A DNA stretch of 64,000 bases from a candidate division WOR-1 bacterium RIFOXYB2_FULL_37_13 (GTDB taxonomy: Bacteria > Margulisbacteria > WOR-1 > XYC2-FULL-46-14 > XYC2-FULL-37-10), in NCBI GenBank assembly GCA_001771535.1, contig MEUB01000027.1, positions 20,601 through 84,600 of the forward strand, given 5' to 3'. Shown piece after piece: positions 51,041-61,821 of the stretch. How positions within the stretch are numbered: the stretch's first letter is position 1; the number at the start of each line of letters is the position of its first letter. The notes under the pieces are model-generated. The model saw only the letters and a program-made list of their open reading frames with translations, ran no database searches and had not been told where the DNA came from. A program made the position numbers and the translations under genes.

Positions 51041-51894
51041 AGGTTAAGCCTTTTCTTTATCTCTAGCAAAGCCTCTTCAGTTTTTGTCATTTCTATGCCA
51101 AACAATTCACATGTTCGTTTGTTAGATAACGACAAATCAGGGAAAAGAAATAAGTTCTCATCCTTGGTGTAAAGTTGTTTTTTTAACAATCCGGAATCAA
51201 AGCCAAAGACTTTAGCAAAAAACAACGCAAATTCATATCTGGAAAGAGCCTTACCACAAGCATGAAAAACATTTGTTCCATCATTGGAAAGTATTACTTT
51301 TTCAAGGATTTTCAGAAAATCATCCACATATGTTGGAGAATATCTTATATTTGAAAAACATTCAACGACTTGTCCTGAAGAAAGTTTTTGGCGCAAATAA
51401 CAAAGAAAAGTTGCATTTGGGTCATATAATGCACTTAAGCGAACCGTAATGAATGATTCTTTAGCATTTTTTGCGCCTTCTATCTCTCCACTTAACTTGC
51501 TTTTACCATATACTGTCTTGGGGTTTGGCACATCATTTTCTGCATACCCTCCACACATTCCATCAAAAACATAATCTGTTGATATATATATGATTTTTGC
51601 CTTTCCAGCGAATACAGATGCAACATTTTTTATCGTATCACAATTAATCTGATAAGCTTCTTTAGGATTTGTTTCACAAAAGCTGATGTTTTTATTTCCA
51701 ACCGCATGGATGACAATCTCGGGGTTAATGTTTTTTGATACATGCAAAAGCTCTTCATGATTTTTAAGATCACATTGAATCTGTCCATCTTCTTTGGGCA
51801 ATAAATCTAAAGAGATTAATTCATCTCTTTCACAAAAATGATCTTTTATAATGTTTCCAACATATCCTGCAGCACCAGTTAATAATATTTTCAT
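51037..51894 (-). CDS. RmlD-like NAD(P)-dependent reductase (dTDP-4-dehydrorhamnose reductase family)
   Basis: MKILLTGAAGYVGNII; 285 aa; RmlD-substrate-binding-like layout. Confidence 0.55.
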   Translation of the reverse strand: MKILLTGAAGYVGNIIKDHFCERDELISLDLLPKEDGQIQCDLKNHEELLHVSKNINPEIVIHAVGNKNISFCETNPKEAYQINCDTIKNVASVFAGKAKIIYISTDYVFDGMCGGYAENDVPNPKTVYGKSKLSGEIEGAKNAKESFITVRLSALYDPNATFLCYLRQKLSSGQVVECFSNIRYSPTYVDDFLKILEKVILSNDGTNVFHACGKALSRYEFALFFAKVFGFDSGLLKKQLYTKDENLFLFPDLSLSNKRTCELFGIEMTKTEEALLEIKKRLNL

Positions 51895-51902
51895 GATTTC
51901 CT

Positions 51903-53417
51903 CTATTGCAATTTCATTACAGCATAATTTCTTTCAAGATAAACAGATTTATATTTTTCTTCTAAAAATAGATACAATTCTCTTCCGTTTATCCTTGGAT
52001 CGCGTCTCAAACTTTTAGGTGTATAAGGCGCAAACCAAGGTTCCAAATCAGAAGTATACCATGTTACAGCCAACCATTTCGCCCCCTTATTTTTCAGATA
52101 GACAATTTGCTTTAACATATCTTCATGATTATTATAATCCCCCCAGATTGCCCATCCTTTTCTATTCGCAAGATAAAATAAAGATGTATTATTGGAGCCT
52201 ATGGCAACACCTCGATCATGGATATTTATTGAAATGATAAATTCTGAGGGAGCACTATTTTTTTCAACTGCCTTAGCCACTGACATCATTACATCATCAT
52301 GTCTTAAAACAAAACCAGTTGCAAGCAAAAAACTAAATATAAATAGCGACATAAAAGTATAAAATACCATCTGTTTTCTATTAGAAACACAATATCCATA
52401 AAACAATATAAAACCGCGCGCCATAAATAAGGCGGTAATTGGCAAAAGCGCATAATAATAATAATATTGATCACTCACAGTAGGCACAATTATAAAATAA
52501 AACGGAATACCTGACAACAAAACAACATCTAAAAAAGTTGACTTTCTTAATCCTAATATAAAATATAGCAGCCCAGTTCCACACCATAAAAAACTTATGA
52601 TTGTAAAAAATGGTTTGATGTAATAATCCAAATGAACAAAACGCGATAAATCTCCAATTAGAAACTTCGCATCATCAGCTCTTTGTGCAAAATCTGTAAT
52701 CTTAAGCCTATAGAAATACCAGGCTATTAACGGGACAATCACAAAAATAAAAAATATTATCATTTCCTTTAATTTTGGAATTCTTATTTTCCCTTGGTCA
52801 TAAGATAAGGCAAGAATCATAACAGGCAAATATGGGACAATAAGTGGTATTTTCAATAGACTAGCAAAAGAAAGATTTATAGAGAATAAAACAAAATATT
52901 TCATAAGTTTTTGTTTTCTCCATTCTAAAAGGCAATAAACAGAAATCAATAGGAACATCAAGCATAAGGCATCTGGCTGAAAGGCTGTTCTCATTAACAT
53001 GCCTACAGGCGAAAATATAAAAAACATTGCACCAAGCAATGCGACAGAGCTTCCAAACAATTTATTTGATATCTTAAATAAATAGATTAAGCTTATAATG
53101 GAAGCAAGTAAACTAATAAATTTTCCCCAAAATATATTATGGTTAAATAATAGGAAAAATATTCCCACAATAAAATTGTATAAAGGAAATTCATTAACAG
53201 TCATAAGCTTATCTTTGCCTTGTAAATTAATATATAACCCATTAATTGCAAAATGGTTGTTTACATAATTATCCGTGAGCATGGCAGTTTGTGTTTGGCG
53301 CCACATAGTTCGAGTAATTGGAGGGGAAAACAAATCGTACAAAGAAATAAATATAAGAATCCCAATTAATGCGCATAAAACATACTTCGAATTAAATATT
53401 TCATATTTTTTAATCAT
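51903..53417 (-). CDS. Polytopic GT-C fold membrane glycosyltransferase (ArnT/PMT/GT39-83-like) with C-terminal periplasmic domain; start probably the internal Met (MMIKKYEIF)
   Basis: More than 10 TM helices followed by a roughly 130 aa soluble C-terminal domain; downstream of a Dpm1-like GT2. Confidence 0.45.
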   Translation of the reverse strand: MIKKYEIFNSKYVLCALIGILIFISLYDLFSPPITRTMWRQTQTAMLTDNYVNNHFAINGLYINLQGKDKLMTVNEFPLYNFIVGIFFLLFNHNIFWGKFISLLASIISLIYLFKISNKLFGSSVALLGAMFFIFSPVGMLMRTAFQPDALCLMFLLISVYCLLEWRKQKLMKYFVLFSINLSFASLLKIPLIVPYLPVMILALSYDQGKIRIPKLKEMIIFFIFVIVPLIAWYFYRLKITDFAQRADDAKFLIGDLSRFVHLDYYIKPFFTIISFLWCGTGLLYFILGLRKSTFLDVVLLSGIPFYFIIVPTVSDQYYYYYALLPITALFMARGFILFYGYCVSNRKQMVFYTFMSLFIFSFLLATGFVLRHDDVMMSVAKAVEKNSAPSEFIISINIHDRGVAIGSNNTSLFYLANRKGWAIWGDYNNHEDMLKQIVYLKNKGAKWLAVTWYTSDLEPWFAPYTPKSLRRDPRINGRELYLFLEEKYKSVYLERNYAVMKLQ

Positions 53418-54721
53418 CATAATTCTAATTCTTGATCTAACATAATTTGCTTGCTTCTGACAAACAAGTTCTTTTTTGAAAAGTAATACATCCAAAAAAA
53501 GAAGAAAAGACCCTCCTCAAAATAATGCCCAACTCGCATTAAATGAAGCAAGAATAGAACCAATATACCATTGTTGATTGCCCATGAATAGTTATCGTTA
53601 TCCTTGTTCTTTGATATATAAAACCTAATAAGAAATATAAAAACCAGAGAAATCCCAAGTAAGCCAGTTTCAGATAATAACCGCAAAAACAATGAATTAG
53701 CATCCTCTACGCTAACCTCACTAATAATACTATCTCCGCCTATAATATTCCCAATATATTTATGGTAAGACAACTCATGCGATCCAAGTCCGGAACCAAA
53801 TATTGGATTCACACTAAAACTTTTAAATGCAACCATAGCATTGCTAAAGAAGGCAAACGAGCTTACATTGATTGCGCCAACGCTTAAAGACCTTTGCCCA
53901 GAAATAAAACCAATAGAATCATCTATACGCCTTTTTACTTCAGAAATACTATTATAAATTAAAAAGCTAGAAACTAAGATAATTACAATGCTTATAAATA
54001 AATATTTAACATTTCTATTATTAATTAACAATAATAAGAAGGAAATCCCCACCCCAAAAAAGCCAACTGTAGAAAAAGTTAAAATCACGGACAAAATAAT
54101 AGCTAAGCTTTTCCAATTACTTATAAATCGCACACTATTCCCAAATATACTTGTTAAAGAAACAAAAAATGCTGGCATCATGAGAACTGCATAACCTGAT
54201 GGCTCACGCATGATAGAGTTAGTACGCAATAAGAATGAATTCCCTGTCGCTAATCGCCAACCCGGTATAATGCCGTTAAAAAAATCATATCCTCTTTCAA
54301 AATGAATTAAAAAACTTACTTCTTGAAATATGCCAATCGCTCCCACGACTAAAGCAATATTCAAATATATGTTAAACAACTTTCCAACCTCAAATTTATT
54401 AAATTTTAATAAAAGATAAAAAACTACCGCATTAAGCAGTATCCCCATCATTTGTTTGCTAACAAGCACAGCAGTATCATTCCCTTGAAAAACATTATAG
54501 AAGGAGGTTAGAATGATGATGAAAAAAATGAAAATAAAAACATTGTTAATGGAAATCATTTTTGATTTCATTAACCAATAAAGCAATACAATTAAAATAG
54601 CTATATAAGAAAATCTGAGTTCAAACATTGTATTGGCAGAATAAATCCATCCGCTCATAAAAGCCGTAAATATTAAAAGATAGTTTATTGAGTTCTGTGC
54701 GGATATTTTTAAATTATTCAT
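53417..54721 (-). CDS. O-antigen ligase (WaaL) / Wzy_C family membrane protein
   Basis: 434 aa, about 10–12 TM helices with a large periplasmic loop near the C-terminus; adjacent to the heptosyltransferase gene. Confidence 0.5.
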   Translation of the reverse strand: MNNLKISAQNSINYLLIFTAFMSGWIYSANTMFELRFSYIAILIVLLYWLMKSKMISINNVFIFIFFIIILTSFYNVFQGNDTAVLVSKQMMGILLNAVVFYLLLKFNKFEVGKLFNIYLNIALVVGAIGIFQEVSFLIHFERGYDFFNGIIPGWRLATGNSFLLRTNSIMREPSGYAVLMMPAFFVSLTSIFGNSVRFISNWKSLAIILSVILTFSTVGFFGVGISFLLLLINNRNVKYLFISIVIILVSSFLIYNSISEVKRRIDDSIGFISGQRSLSVGAINVSSFAFFSNAMVAFKSFSVNPIFGSGLGSHELSYHKYIGNIIGGDSIISEVSVEDANSLFLRLLSETGLLGISLVFIFLIRFYISKNKDNDNYSWAINNGILVLFLLHLMRVGHYFEEGLFFFFWMYYFSKKNLFVRSKQIMLDQELEL

Positions 54722-55881
54722 TACTTCTTAGATTTTTTTACAATATCAGAAAAAGGCAAACAAGAAATCACGTTCATAACTTCTTCAATCGAAATAGTCT
54801 CCATACAATTTATATGCGGACATCCACAGATGTTCCCTTGCAATTTGCAAGGAGAACAAGCAACTTTCACTCTTATGATCATATTTGGTTTAGGCGAACC
54901 CCATTTTTTATAATTGCCCGAACTGAAAAGTGCAACCGTTCGCACGCCTAAAGCTACGGCTAAGTGCATAGGGCCGGTATCATTAGAAATAAAGCAATTG
55001 CACTGTGATATTTTGCCAACCAATTCAATAATATCATTTCCTATCCATACTTTCGCTGTCTTTTTCATAAAACTAACCACATTATTAACAACAACAGCAT
55101 CTTTTTCTCCACCCAAAATAATTGGATCTCCTAAGTTATTTTCAATAATTGCATCTGCTAATTCCGCATATTTTTGTGCGGGCCATCTTCTCTGTCTTTG
55201 TGGGGCGCCAGGGAAGATGCCTATCATATGAATATTTTTATCTTCATCATGTTTTTGCTTATTATCTATGCTGTTAAATCCGGGATCAATTATGCTATAT
55301 CCTAATATATCTAGAAGCCGAAGAAGCCTATCTTTTTCATAAACGTCAAAACGGATATCCCAGCGTTGAACTATTCTCTTATCAAGAAAGATTCCATTCC
55401 CTGCATAATTAAATCCTATAATCATTCTTGCTCCTGATGCATAAAGCAAATACAAAGAATCGATGTGCCCTTTTAGGTCAATAGCAAGATCAAATTTTTC
55501 ATGCCTAATTATTTTAATTACTTTTAGGCATTCCTTTAAGAATTTTAGAAATTGATTGTTTGCATAACGAGCATATATGAAATGGTCGTGGAAAATAACA
55601 TTATCAATGAATGGAATGATCTTTAGTATCTCGCTGTTTTCATTTAAAGTTATCAACGTAATTTCTGAATTTGGATTGTTCAATTTTAAGTTTTTCAAAA
55701 GCGGTATCATATGAATTAAATCGCCAAAATGGCCAAATTGGAAAATGGCTATTTTATTGTAGTGTTTACTATTTTTCGTATTGAATATTGTCCTAAACAA
55801 TTTTCTAAATAAGCCATAAAACATCGCAGGGATGCAAACAACCGCATAAAACATTAATTTTAATATTATATTTTTTTTCAT
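54721..55881 (-). CDS. Glycosyltransferase family 9 (LPS heptosyltransferase family)
   Basis: GIFPGAPQRQRRWPAQKYAELADAI and ISNDTGPMHLAVALGVRTVALFS (the GT9 NDSGPMHLAAA motif). Confidence 0.8.
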   Translation of the reverse strand: MKKNIILKLMFYAVVCIPAMFYGLFRKLFRTIFNTKNSKHYNKIAIFQFGHFGDLIHMIPLLKNLKLNNPNSEITLITLNENSEILKIIPFIDNVIFHDHFIYARYANNQFLKFLKECLKVIKIIRHEKFDLAIDLKGHIDSLYLLYASGARMIIGFNYAGNGIFLDKRIVQRWDIRFDVYEKDRLLRLLDILGYSIIDPGFNSIDNKQKHDEDKNIHMIGIFPGAPQRQRRWPAQKYAELADAIIENNLGDPIILGGEKDAVVVNNVVSFMKKTAKVWIGNDIIELVGKISQCNCFISNDTGPMHLAVALGVRTVALFSSGNYKKWGSPKPNMIIRVKVACSPCKLQGNICGCPHINCMETISIEEVMNVISCLPFSDIVKKSKK

Positions 55882-56082
55882 TACACTATTGTGGCACGAG
55901 GTCGAAAAATTTTATACCTTATCTTTATATTTTACTAAATACTTTTCTATTGATTCCCTCAATCTTATAACAAGCCCATTATTATTTACCAAACTTGAAT
56001 CGCCATTTAAGATTTCATCCAATGAACTGATTAATTAATTAATTAATTGATTGATTGATTGTTCTTATTTAAATGTTCATTA
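55882..56082 (-). promoter_or_regulatory. Largest intergenic gap of the array (201 bp); probably holds the terminator/promoter junction for the heptosyltransferase–ligase sub-operon; contains a tetranucleotide repeat tract
   Basis: Non-coding in all frames; AT-rich with several TATAAT-like hexamers on the minus strand. I identified no clear -35 box. Confidence 0.3.
56028..56063. repeat. Tetranucleotide repeat tract (TGAT)(TAAT)4(TGAT)3(TGTT), which is (CAAT)4(TAAT)4 on the coding strand
   Basis: Read directly: tgattaattaattaattaattgattgattgattgtt. Confidence 0.9.
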
Positions 56083-57405
56083 TCAAAGCTTAATTATATT
56101 CTTATATTTATTCAAATATTTCGCAGCATTTATCATATCAATAAGCACCTTTGAATTATCCGCTATCATTTTCAAATTAAATTTGTCATGATTGACTAAT
56201 ATCGCAACGGCATCAGCTTTTTTTAGATTTGCTTTAGTTAATGGAATAAAATGAATATCCCCTTTTAAATCATACTCCTTTGCTGCTGCCTCATAGTGAT
56301 TAACATATGGGTCAAAGCCCCACACCTTTGCCCCTTTATTTAAAAGAAGTTTAATTATTTCAAAAGAAGGAGAATTCCTAATATCATCTATATTTTTTTT
56401 GAAAGTTAATCCAAGAATAAAGACAGTTGCGTTCTTAAGTGATTTGTTTTGTAAATTTAATGCCTCTCCAATTTTTTCAACAGCATAATACGGCATATTT
56501 TGATTCACTTCGGCCGCTAGTTCTATGAAATTTGCAAAGAAGTTATATTCTCTTGCCTTCCAAGATAAATAGTATGGATCAACAGGAATACAATGTCCAC
56601 CAACTCCAGGTCCTGGATAAAATGGGAGGAAGCCAAAAGGTTTTGTTGCCGCAGCGTCAATTACTTCCCAAAAATCTATTCCCATCCTATTAGATAAGAT
56701 CAGCAACTCATTAACCAACGCAATGTTTACACTCCGAAAAATATTTTCAAGCAGTTTGCACATTTCCGCAGATCTTGGGCACGAAACAACATGAATATTT
56801 TTCTCATCTATTATCAAAGAAAATACTCTTTTTGTTAAATCCGCGCACTTTAAAGTTAACCCTCCCACAATTTTAGGAGTATTTTTAACATTAAACTTCT
56901 TATTGCCAGGATCAATTCTTTCTGGGGAAAATGCAATATAAAAATCCTTTCCAGCTTTCAATCCGCTTTGTTCAAGAATAGGAATAATATCCTCATCTGT
57001 TGTCCCTGGGTATGTTGTGCTTTGCAATACTATAAGTTTTTCCTTGCTCAAATAGCTTGAAATGGATTTAGCCGCATTTATCATAAAAGAAATGTCAGGA
57101 GCTTTTGCTTTATTAAACGGAGTGGGCACACAAACAAAAACCACATCTATGCTCGCAATAGCCTTAAAATCATTTGTAGCAGTAAATTTACTTTTTTCCA
57201 CTAAATGCTTAATCAATTGGCTGTCAATATCTTGGATGTAACTTTTACCAGCATTTAACATTGATACTTTTTGACCATTGATATCTATTCCTATGGTTTC
57301 AATTCCTGATTTTGCAAACTCAATTGCGAGAGGCAATCCAACATAACCCAAGCCAATTATTCCAACTTTTAGCCTTTTATTCTTGATTTTATCTAATAAT
57401 TTCAT
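56083..57405 (-). CDS. UDP-sugar 6-dehydrogenase (UDP-glucose/GDP-mannose dehydrogenase family; TviB/WbpO-like UDP-GlcNAc dehydrogenase)
   Basis: KVGIIGLGYVGLPLAIEFAKSG N-terminal NAD motif; catalytic Cys region GGHCIPVDP; 440 aa. Confidence 0.8.
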   Translation of the reverse strand: MKLLDKIKNKRLKVGIIGLGYVGLPLAIEFAKSGIETIGIDINGQKVSMLNAGKSYIQDIDSQLIKHLVEKSKFTATNDFKAIASIDVVFVCVPTPFNKAKAPDISFMINAAKSISSYLSKEKLIVLQSTTYPGTTDEDIIPILEQSGLKAGKDFYIAFSPERIDPGNKKFNVKNTPKIVGGLTLKCADLTKRVFSLIIDEKNIHVVSCPRSAEMCKLLENIFRSVNIALVNELLILSNRMGIDFWEVIDAAATKPFGFLPFYPGPGVGGHCIPVDPYYLSWKAREYNFFANFIELAAEVNQNMPYYAVEKIGEALNLQNKSLKNATVFILGLTFKKNIDDIRNSPSFEIIKLLLNKGAKVWGFDPYVNHYEAAAKEYDLKGDIHFIPLTKANLKKADAVAILVNHDKFNLKMIADNSKVLIDMINAAKYLNKYKNIIKL

Positions 57406-58387
57406 TTTTTTCTGCCTTTCTATAATTATTTTTACACCATATTATGGTATTATTTAACCCTTCTTCAAGTGATACCTTGGGATAAAACCCCAACATATTT
57501 CTTGCTTTATCTATACTTGGCTTTCTATGCTTAGTATCTTCAAAATTCTTGCCATAATACGCTTGAGGATCAATACAAGCAATCTCTGAATTAGATTTTA
57601 ACTTTTTTTTGATCAATTTTGCTAATTCTAATATAGATAATTCCACATCATTTCCAATATTAAACACTTCTCCAATAGCTTCATTTTTTTCCATTGCAGC
57701 AATAGTTCCTGAAATTGTATCTGCAATATAAGTAAAACAACGTGTTTGATCTCCACTCCCATGTACCGTTATAGGTGCTCCTTTTAACCCCTGTCTTATA
57801 AATTGTGCAATAACGCTACCATAACCTTTTGAGTCTATCCTTGAACCATATGAATTAAAATAGCGAACGATAGAAACTTGGAGCCCTTTATCGAAATAGG
57901 CAAAAGCTAAATGTTCATCAATTGCTTTGGCTGTGGAATAGCTCCACCTATGGATTTTGGTGGAACCCAAGATTCTGTCATCATCTTCAGAAAATGGTGT
58001 CTTGGCAGATTTTCCATATATTTCAGATGTAGAAGCAATTACAATTCTTTTGTTATATTTAAAAGCATGTTTTAAAAGGTTCTCCGTACCTTTTACATTT
58101 GTCAAAATCCCCTCAAGGGGATTTTGAAGAATATTTTTTACTCCGACAGCAGCCGCAAGATGATAAACTCGTTCGCTTTCCTTTACTAATTTCTCAACCA
58201 ATTCTTCATTTAATATGTCGCCTTTTATAAATTTAAAATTACTATTATCTAAGTTATGATTTATATTTTCCATTTTACCAGTGGAAAGATTATCAATAAC
58301 AGTTACAAAATCGCCAGAATTAAGCAAAAAATCAACAAGATTAGAACCAATATAGCCAGCCCCTCCTGTCACTAAAATATTTTTCAT
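57389..58387 (-). CDS. NAD-dependent nucleotide-sugar epimerase (TviC/WbpP-like) or decarboxylase (extended SDR)
   Basis: MKNILVTGGAGYIGSNLVDFLL; 332 aa; coupled to the dehydrogenase with a 17-bp overlap. Confidence 0.7.
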   Translation of the reverse strand: MKNILVTGGAGYIGSNLVDFLLNSGDFVTVIDNLSTGKMENINHNLDNSNFKFIKGDILNEELVEKLVKESERVYHLAAAVGVKNILQNPLEGILTNVKGTENLLKHAFKYNKRIVIASTSEIYGKSAKTPFSEDDDRILGSTKIHRWSYSTAKAIDEHLAFAYFDKGLQVSIVRYFNSYGSRIDSKGYGSVIAQFIRQGLKGAPITVHGSGDQTRCFTYIADTISGTIAAMEKNEAIGEVFNIGNDVELSILELAKLIKKKLKSNSEIACIDPQAYYGKNFEDTKHRKPSIDKARNMLGFYPKVSLEEGLNNTIIWCKNNYRKAEKNEIIR

Positions 58388-59292
58388 CTTTTCTCCTTAA
58401 ACATTGGTTTAATCTTTTCATTGTGTATATATTCAATAAACCCTTTAATTATACCCCTAAAAACAGCAGCATACTGGAATCTTTTATTCTTATTCATTAA
58501 TGATTTTGGGGAAATAATATTTTGTAAAGATCGAATAAAGCTTTTCAATACTGTTCTAGAAAAAAAGAATAAATAGACAATTGAATAAGCTTTATCTGAA
58601 AATATTTGCTTTGCAAACATTGCACCTGAAGCATAAGCATATCTAAAAACCTTATTAGGGGCAGTTTCTATTAAAACAGGATGAAAAACAACTAAATCCG
58701 GCAAATACAATATCTTCTCGCCAGATTGTATCAGTCTAAAAAATAGATCGCTTTCTTCTGCGGTAAAATATTGAGCTCCAGGTCCAAACTTTTCATCAAA
58801 TAAACCAATTTTCTCGAAAATTTCTTTTTTTATCACAACGGCGCTAGCCATGAAGTAATAATAATCCATTCGTTTCAAATATTTTTTATTATTATCACGA
58901 AAAACATCAGTATACGGAGTTTGATCCAAAATATTTAAAATTTTCCCACAAAAAACTTGCGCCAAACTATCAGAAAGATGAGTCAAAAGTATTGCCAAAA
59001 AGTCATATTTTATGACTGCATCATCATCTACAAAAATCAAATAATCTCCCGTACTTTTTTGGCATCCATAATTTCTCGCCTTGGAAGCTCCCATTTCTTT
59101 GATAGTATGAAAGAATACCAATTCAGAAAATTCTGTCTTAATATGCTGACTTCCATCCACGCCGCCATTAAATACTACCACTATTTCAATCTCGATAGAT
59201 TTCACATATTTATGAGCTTTTTCGATTGAAACAATACAGCTTTGTAAATCACTAATTCTATCAGTACATGGGACTACAAACGAATATTTCAT
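58384..59292 (-). CDS. Glycosyltransferase family 2
   Basis: MKYSFVVPCTDRISDLQSCI...FVDDD. Confidence 0.65.
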   Translation of the reverse strand: MKYSFVVPCTDRISDLQSCIVSIEKAHKYVKSIEIEIVVVFNGGVDGSQHIKTEFSELVFFHTIKEMGASKARNYGCQKSTGDYLIFVDDDAVIKYDFLAILLTHLSDSLAQVFCGKILNILDQTPYTDVFRDNNKKYLKRMDYYYFMASAVVIKKEIFEKIGLFDEKFGPGAQYFTAEESDLFFRLIQSGEKILYLPDLVVFHPVLIETAPNKVFRYAYASGAMFAKQIFSDKAYSIVYLFFFSRTVLKSFIRSLQNIISPKSLMNKNKRFQYAAVFRGIIKGFIEYIHNEKIKPMFKEKR

Positions 59293-61040
59293 AACTTAGG
59301 CTCCTCATTCTTTTGTTTTGCATACATTTCCACTCCAAAATATTTCCTATAATAAATAGTTTCATTTTCTTTATTTGCAAAATTATTATAATTGTTTATT
59401 GTGAACCTATTTGAGCAAATTTCTTCATATGAAGGGACTTGAACCTTTGATCGCTTTTCTTTTATAGCCTTACTTATTAAGTGATGACGCTCAATTGTAG
59501 TTTTTGCCATTGAGCGCATCCAGTTAAAGTTTACAATAGTTAGCATTAATATTATAAATACTATTAAAAATGCTCCTATATAGCTATTTTCTATCCTTAG
59601 TAATAAATTTTTATCTTTATCTATCCAATAAATAAGAACATTTTTAAAAATGACTATGGTAAACCATAAAACAAAAAGCAAGGTTCCCCATACTCCCATA
59701 TAAGGAAATACGCTCCAGATAAAGATAAGAAATAACAAGAAAAATATATCTATAGCATTATTTTTCATAAAAAAATCGAACCGAAAACTATTGCCATCAA
59801 TATAACGATATGAAAAATAGATGAAAAATAAAACAACCAATATTAACAAAAAGGAAATATATTCTACCCCTGCCAACATCCTAAAATTAGTTGCTATATT
59901 CCCATATAATTTGTTTGAAAAAGAATTTGCCATTGGAACACTATCATGAGAATTAATTAATCTAATGAAATTCCCAGGAGCAGTGATACAAGCAATAGTT
60001 CCAAATAACAATCCCGTATGGCAAAAAATGCGATTTAATGGGAGCTTACTTTGTATTATTTCTTTTAAAGTTAAAAATACAACTAAAGTTAAAAATACAA
60101 AACTATACACTTCATGGGTAAATCCAGCAAAAAATCCCAAAATATTAAAGACTATTACGATAAGAATATTAATTTTAATTTTATTTTTACCAAATTGAAA
60201 TACTTTTTGAAACATAAAATAATAAGCAATTAACAATATTAAGGATATTACATAAATCGAAGTCATTGTCCACATTAGTAAAAAAGAAATGCTAGGATTA
60301 AAATAAAATATTATTAGAAATAACAGCAATAGAATCATTGGGTGGTTTAACGCCTCACGAAAACTGCCAGATATAATAGCCATTGTTAATACTATTAGAA
60401 ACATGAAGCATAATCCAGCAATGCTCGCAATAAATACTTGGCCAAAAATACTTAATAAAGGTATTAATGCAAACCCCATAATTCGCCCGCCATTAAAGTT
60501 ATAAATACCCTTCATGCTTTCAATTAATAATGGGACATTTGTTACTTGTTTCCCAATTTCACCATTATTATCATCAAGGTAAAGTTTATGGCCATTTGTA
60601 AATTGATAAAGCACATCATCTCCAAGAGGTTGCCTGTAATAACTAATAAAAAGAACAAATGCAAATATAAATATTAATACTGTTAAGCTTAATATGTATT
60701 TTATAGCTAGAGGCTGGGGAGTAAAGATTCTATTCAATAATAATTTATTTATTTTACTCTTATCAAACCATGCAGTAAGAATACAGAATATTAAACCGAA
60801 TATTCCAATTGCGATAAATTTTTGAGCGTATCCCTTTATTTTAACACTCCAAGGTTGCTCTTTTGAAATGCCATTGACTATCGTTTCCAACGGAATATTT
60901 TTTATTTCCGAAATGCGCTGCAATGCGCCGTTTAACATTGCTTGGCTAGCTAGCAATAAAATCCCCATCATCATTACAGATAAAAACAATAGGCATAAAA
61001 ACGATAAAATTACTTTTGCCTTTGAATTGAAAAATTTCAT
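59289..61040 (-). CDS. Large polytopic membrane protein of unknown function (possible GT-C-like periplasmic glycan-modifying transferase)
   Basis: 583 aa with about 14 hydrophobic helices; sits two genes downstream of a GtrB-like GT2. Confidence 0.4.
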   Translation of the reverse strand: MKFFNSKAKVILSFLCLLFLSVMMMGILLLASQAMLNGALQRISEIKNIPLETIVNGISKEQPWSVKIKGYAQKFIAIGIFGLIFCILTAWFDKSKINKLLLNRIFTPQPLAIKYILSLTVLIFIFAFVLFISYYRQPLGDDVLYQFTNGHKLYLDDNNGEIGKQVTNVPLLIESMKGIYNFNGGRIMGFALIPLLSIFGQVFIASIAGLCFMFLIVLTMAIISGSFREALNHPMILLLLFLIIFYFNPSISFLLMWTMTSIYVISLILLIAYYFMFQKVFQFGKNKIKINILIVIVFNILGFFAGFTHEVYSFVFLTLVVFLTLKEIIQSKLPLNRIFCHTGLLFGTIACITAPGNFIRLINSHDSVPMANSFSNKLYGNIATNFRMLAGVEYISFLLILVVLFFIYFSYRYIDGNSFRFDFFMKNNAIDIFFLLFLIFIWSVFPYMGVWGTLLFVLWFTIVIFKNVLIYWIDKDKNLLLRIENSYIGAFLIVFIILMLTIVNFNWMRSMAKTTIERHHLISKAIKEKRSKVQVPSYEEICSNRFTINNYNNFANKENETIYYRKYFGVEMYAKQKNEEPKL

Positions 61041-61089
61041 TTGCTATCATTCTCAATATTTAAAACATTATAAGCACACAAACTATACG

Positions 61090-61821
61090 TCATATTTTCT
61101 TCCTACATATTGCCAAGATAGATAAACCTGGCAAGAAAACTGAAAATCTACTTAAAATTTTATTAACTGAAAAATCAATATTAAGAATAATATTGATTGA
61201 ACGAGTAATAAAAGAGCTTTCATTATAACGCCATAAGCCTATTCCAGTACTTTTTTTGTTTTTCATGAAAATTCTTTCAAGCAAGCAATAAATACCTTTC
61301 AATATAAACAATATACTATAAAAATAGTAGCTATTTTCAACAAGAATCCCATTATTTTCCAACAACATAAGTAATTGTTTTTTGCTATAACGCCTATAAT
61401 GTTTTAAAAATACATCATGAGATGAAAATAAGAATTGCATTGCGGGAACTGTTATCACCAATTTTCCATTTGACTTTAATTTTCCAAGTGCTATTTCTAA
61501 AAAACTCTTTTCATCTTCAATATGCTCAAGAACATCCATCATTATTAAACAATCAACGCTATTATTTTCAAGCAAAGAAATATCATTTAAGCAAATAATT
61601 CCATCTTTTTCTGATTTTTTATTTTCATATTTATTATCAATTGCAAATACTATTCCGTTAGTAATTGTAGGCAATTTTGAAGTGAAAAATTCATCCCCAG
61701 AGCCAATATCTGCATAAATGGCATCTTTATCATTATTCTTTAATAATTTCAATATATTTTGACATCTGGATAACTCCCAAGGATGTCTCATTGGATTATC
61801 TGTTTTTTCTATTAGATCCAC
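61090..61821 (-). CDS. Class I SAM-dependent methyltransferase
   Basis: IYADIGSGDEFF (motif I) and DCLIMMDVLEHIED (motif II/post I). Confidence 0.7.
   Translation of the reverse strand: MDLIEKTDNPMRHPWELSRCQNILKLLKNNDKDAIYADIGSGDEFFTSKLPTITNGIVFAIDNKYENKKSEKDGIICLNDISLLENNSVDCLIMMDVLEHIEDEKSFLEIALGKLKSNGKLVITVPAMQFLFSSHDVFLKHYRRYSKKQLLMLLENNGILVENSYYFYSILFILKGIYCLLERIFMKNKKSTGIGLWRYNESSFITRSINIILNIDFSVNKILSRFSVFLPGLSILAICRKKI

Noticed and set aside
55882-56082. Possible tRNA/small RNA gene in the only 200-bp intergenic gap
   Set aside because: There is no T-arm GTTCRANYC motif and no acceptor-stem complementarity. The region is dominated by AT-rich tetramer repeats.
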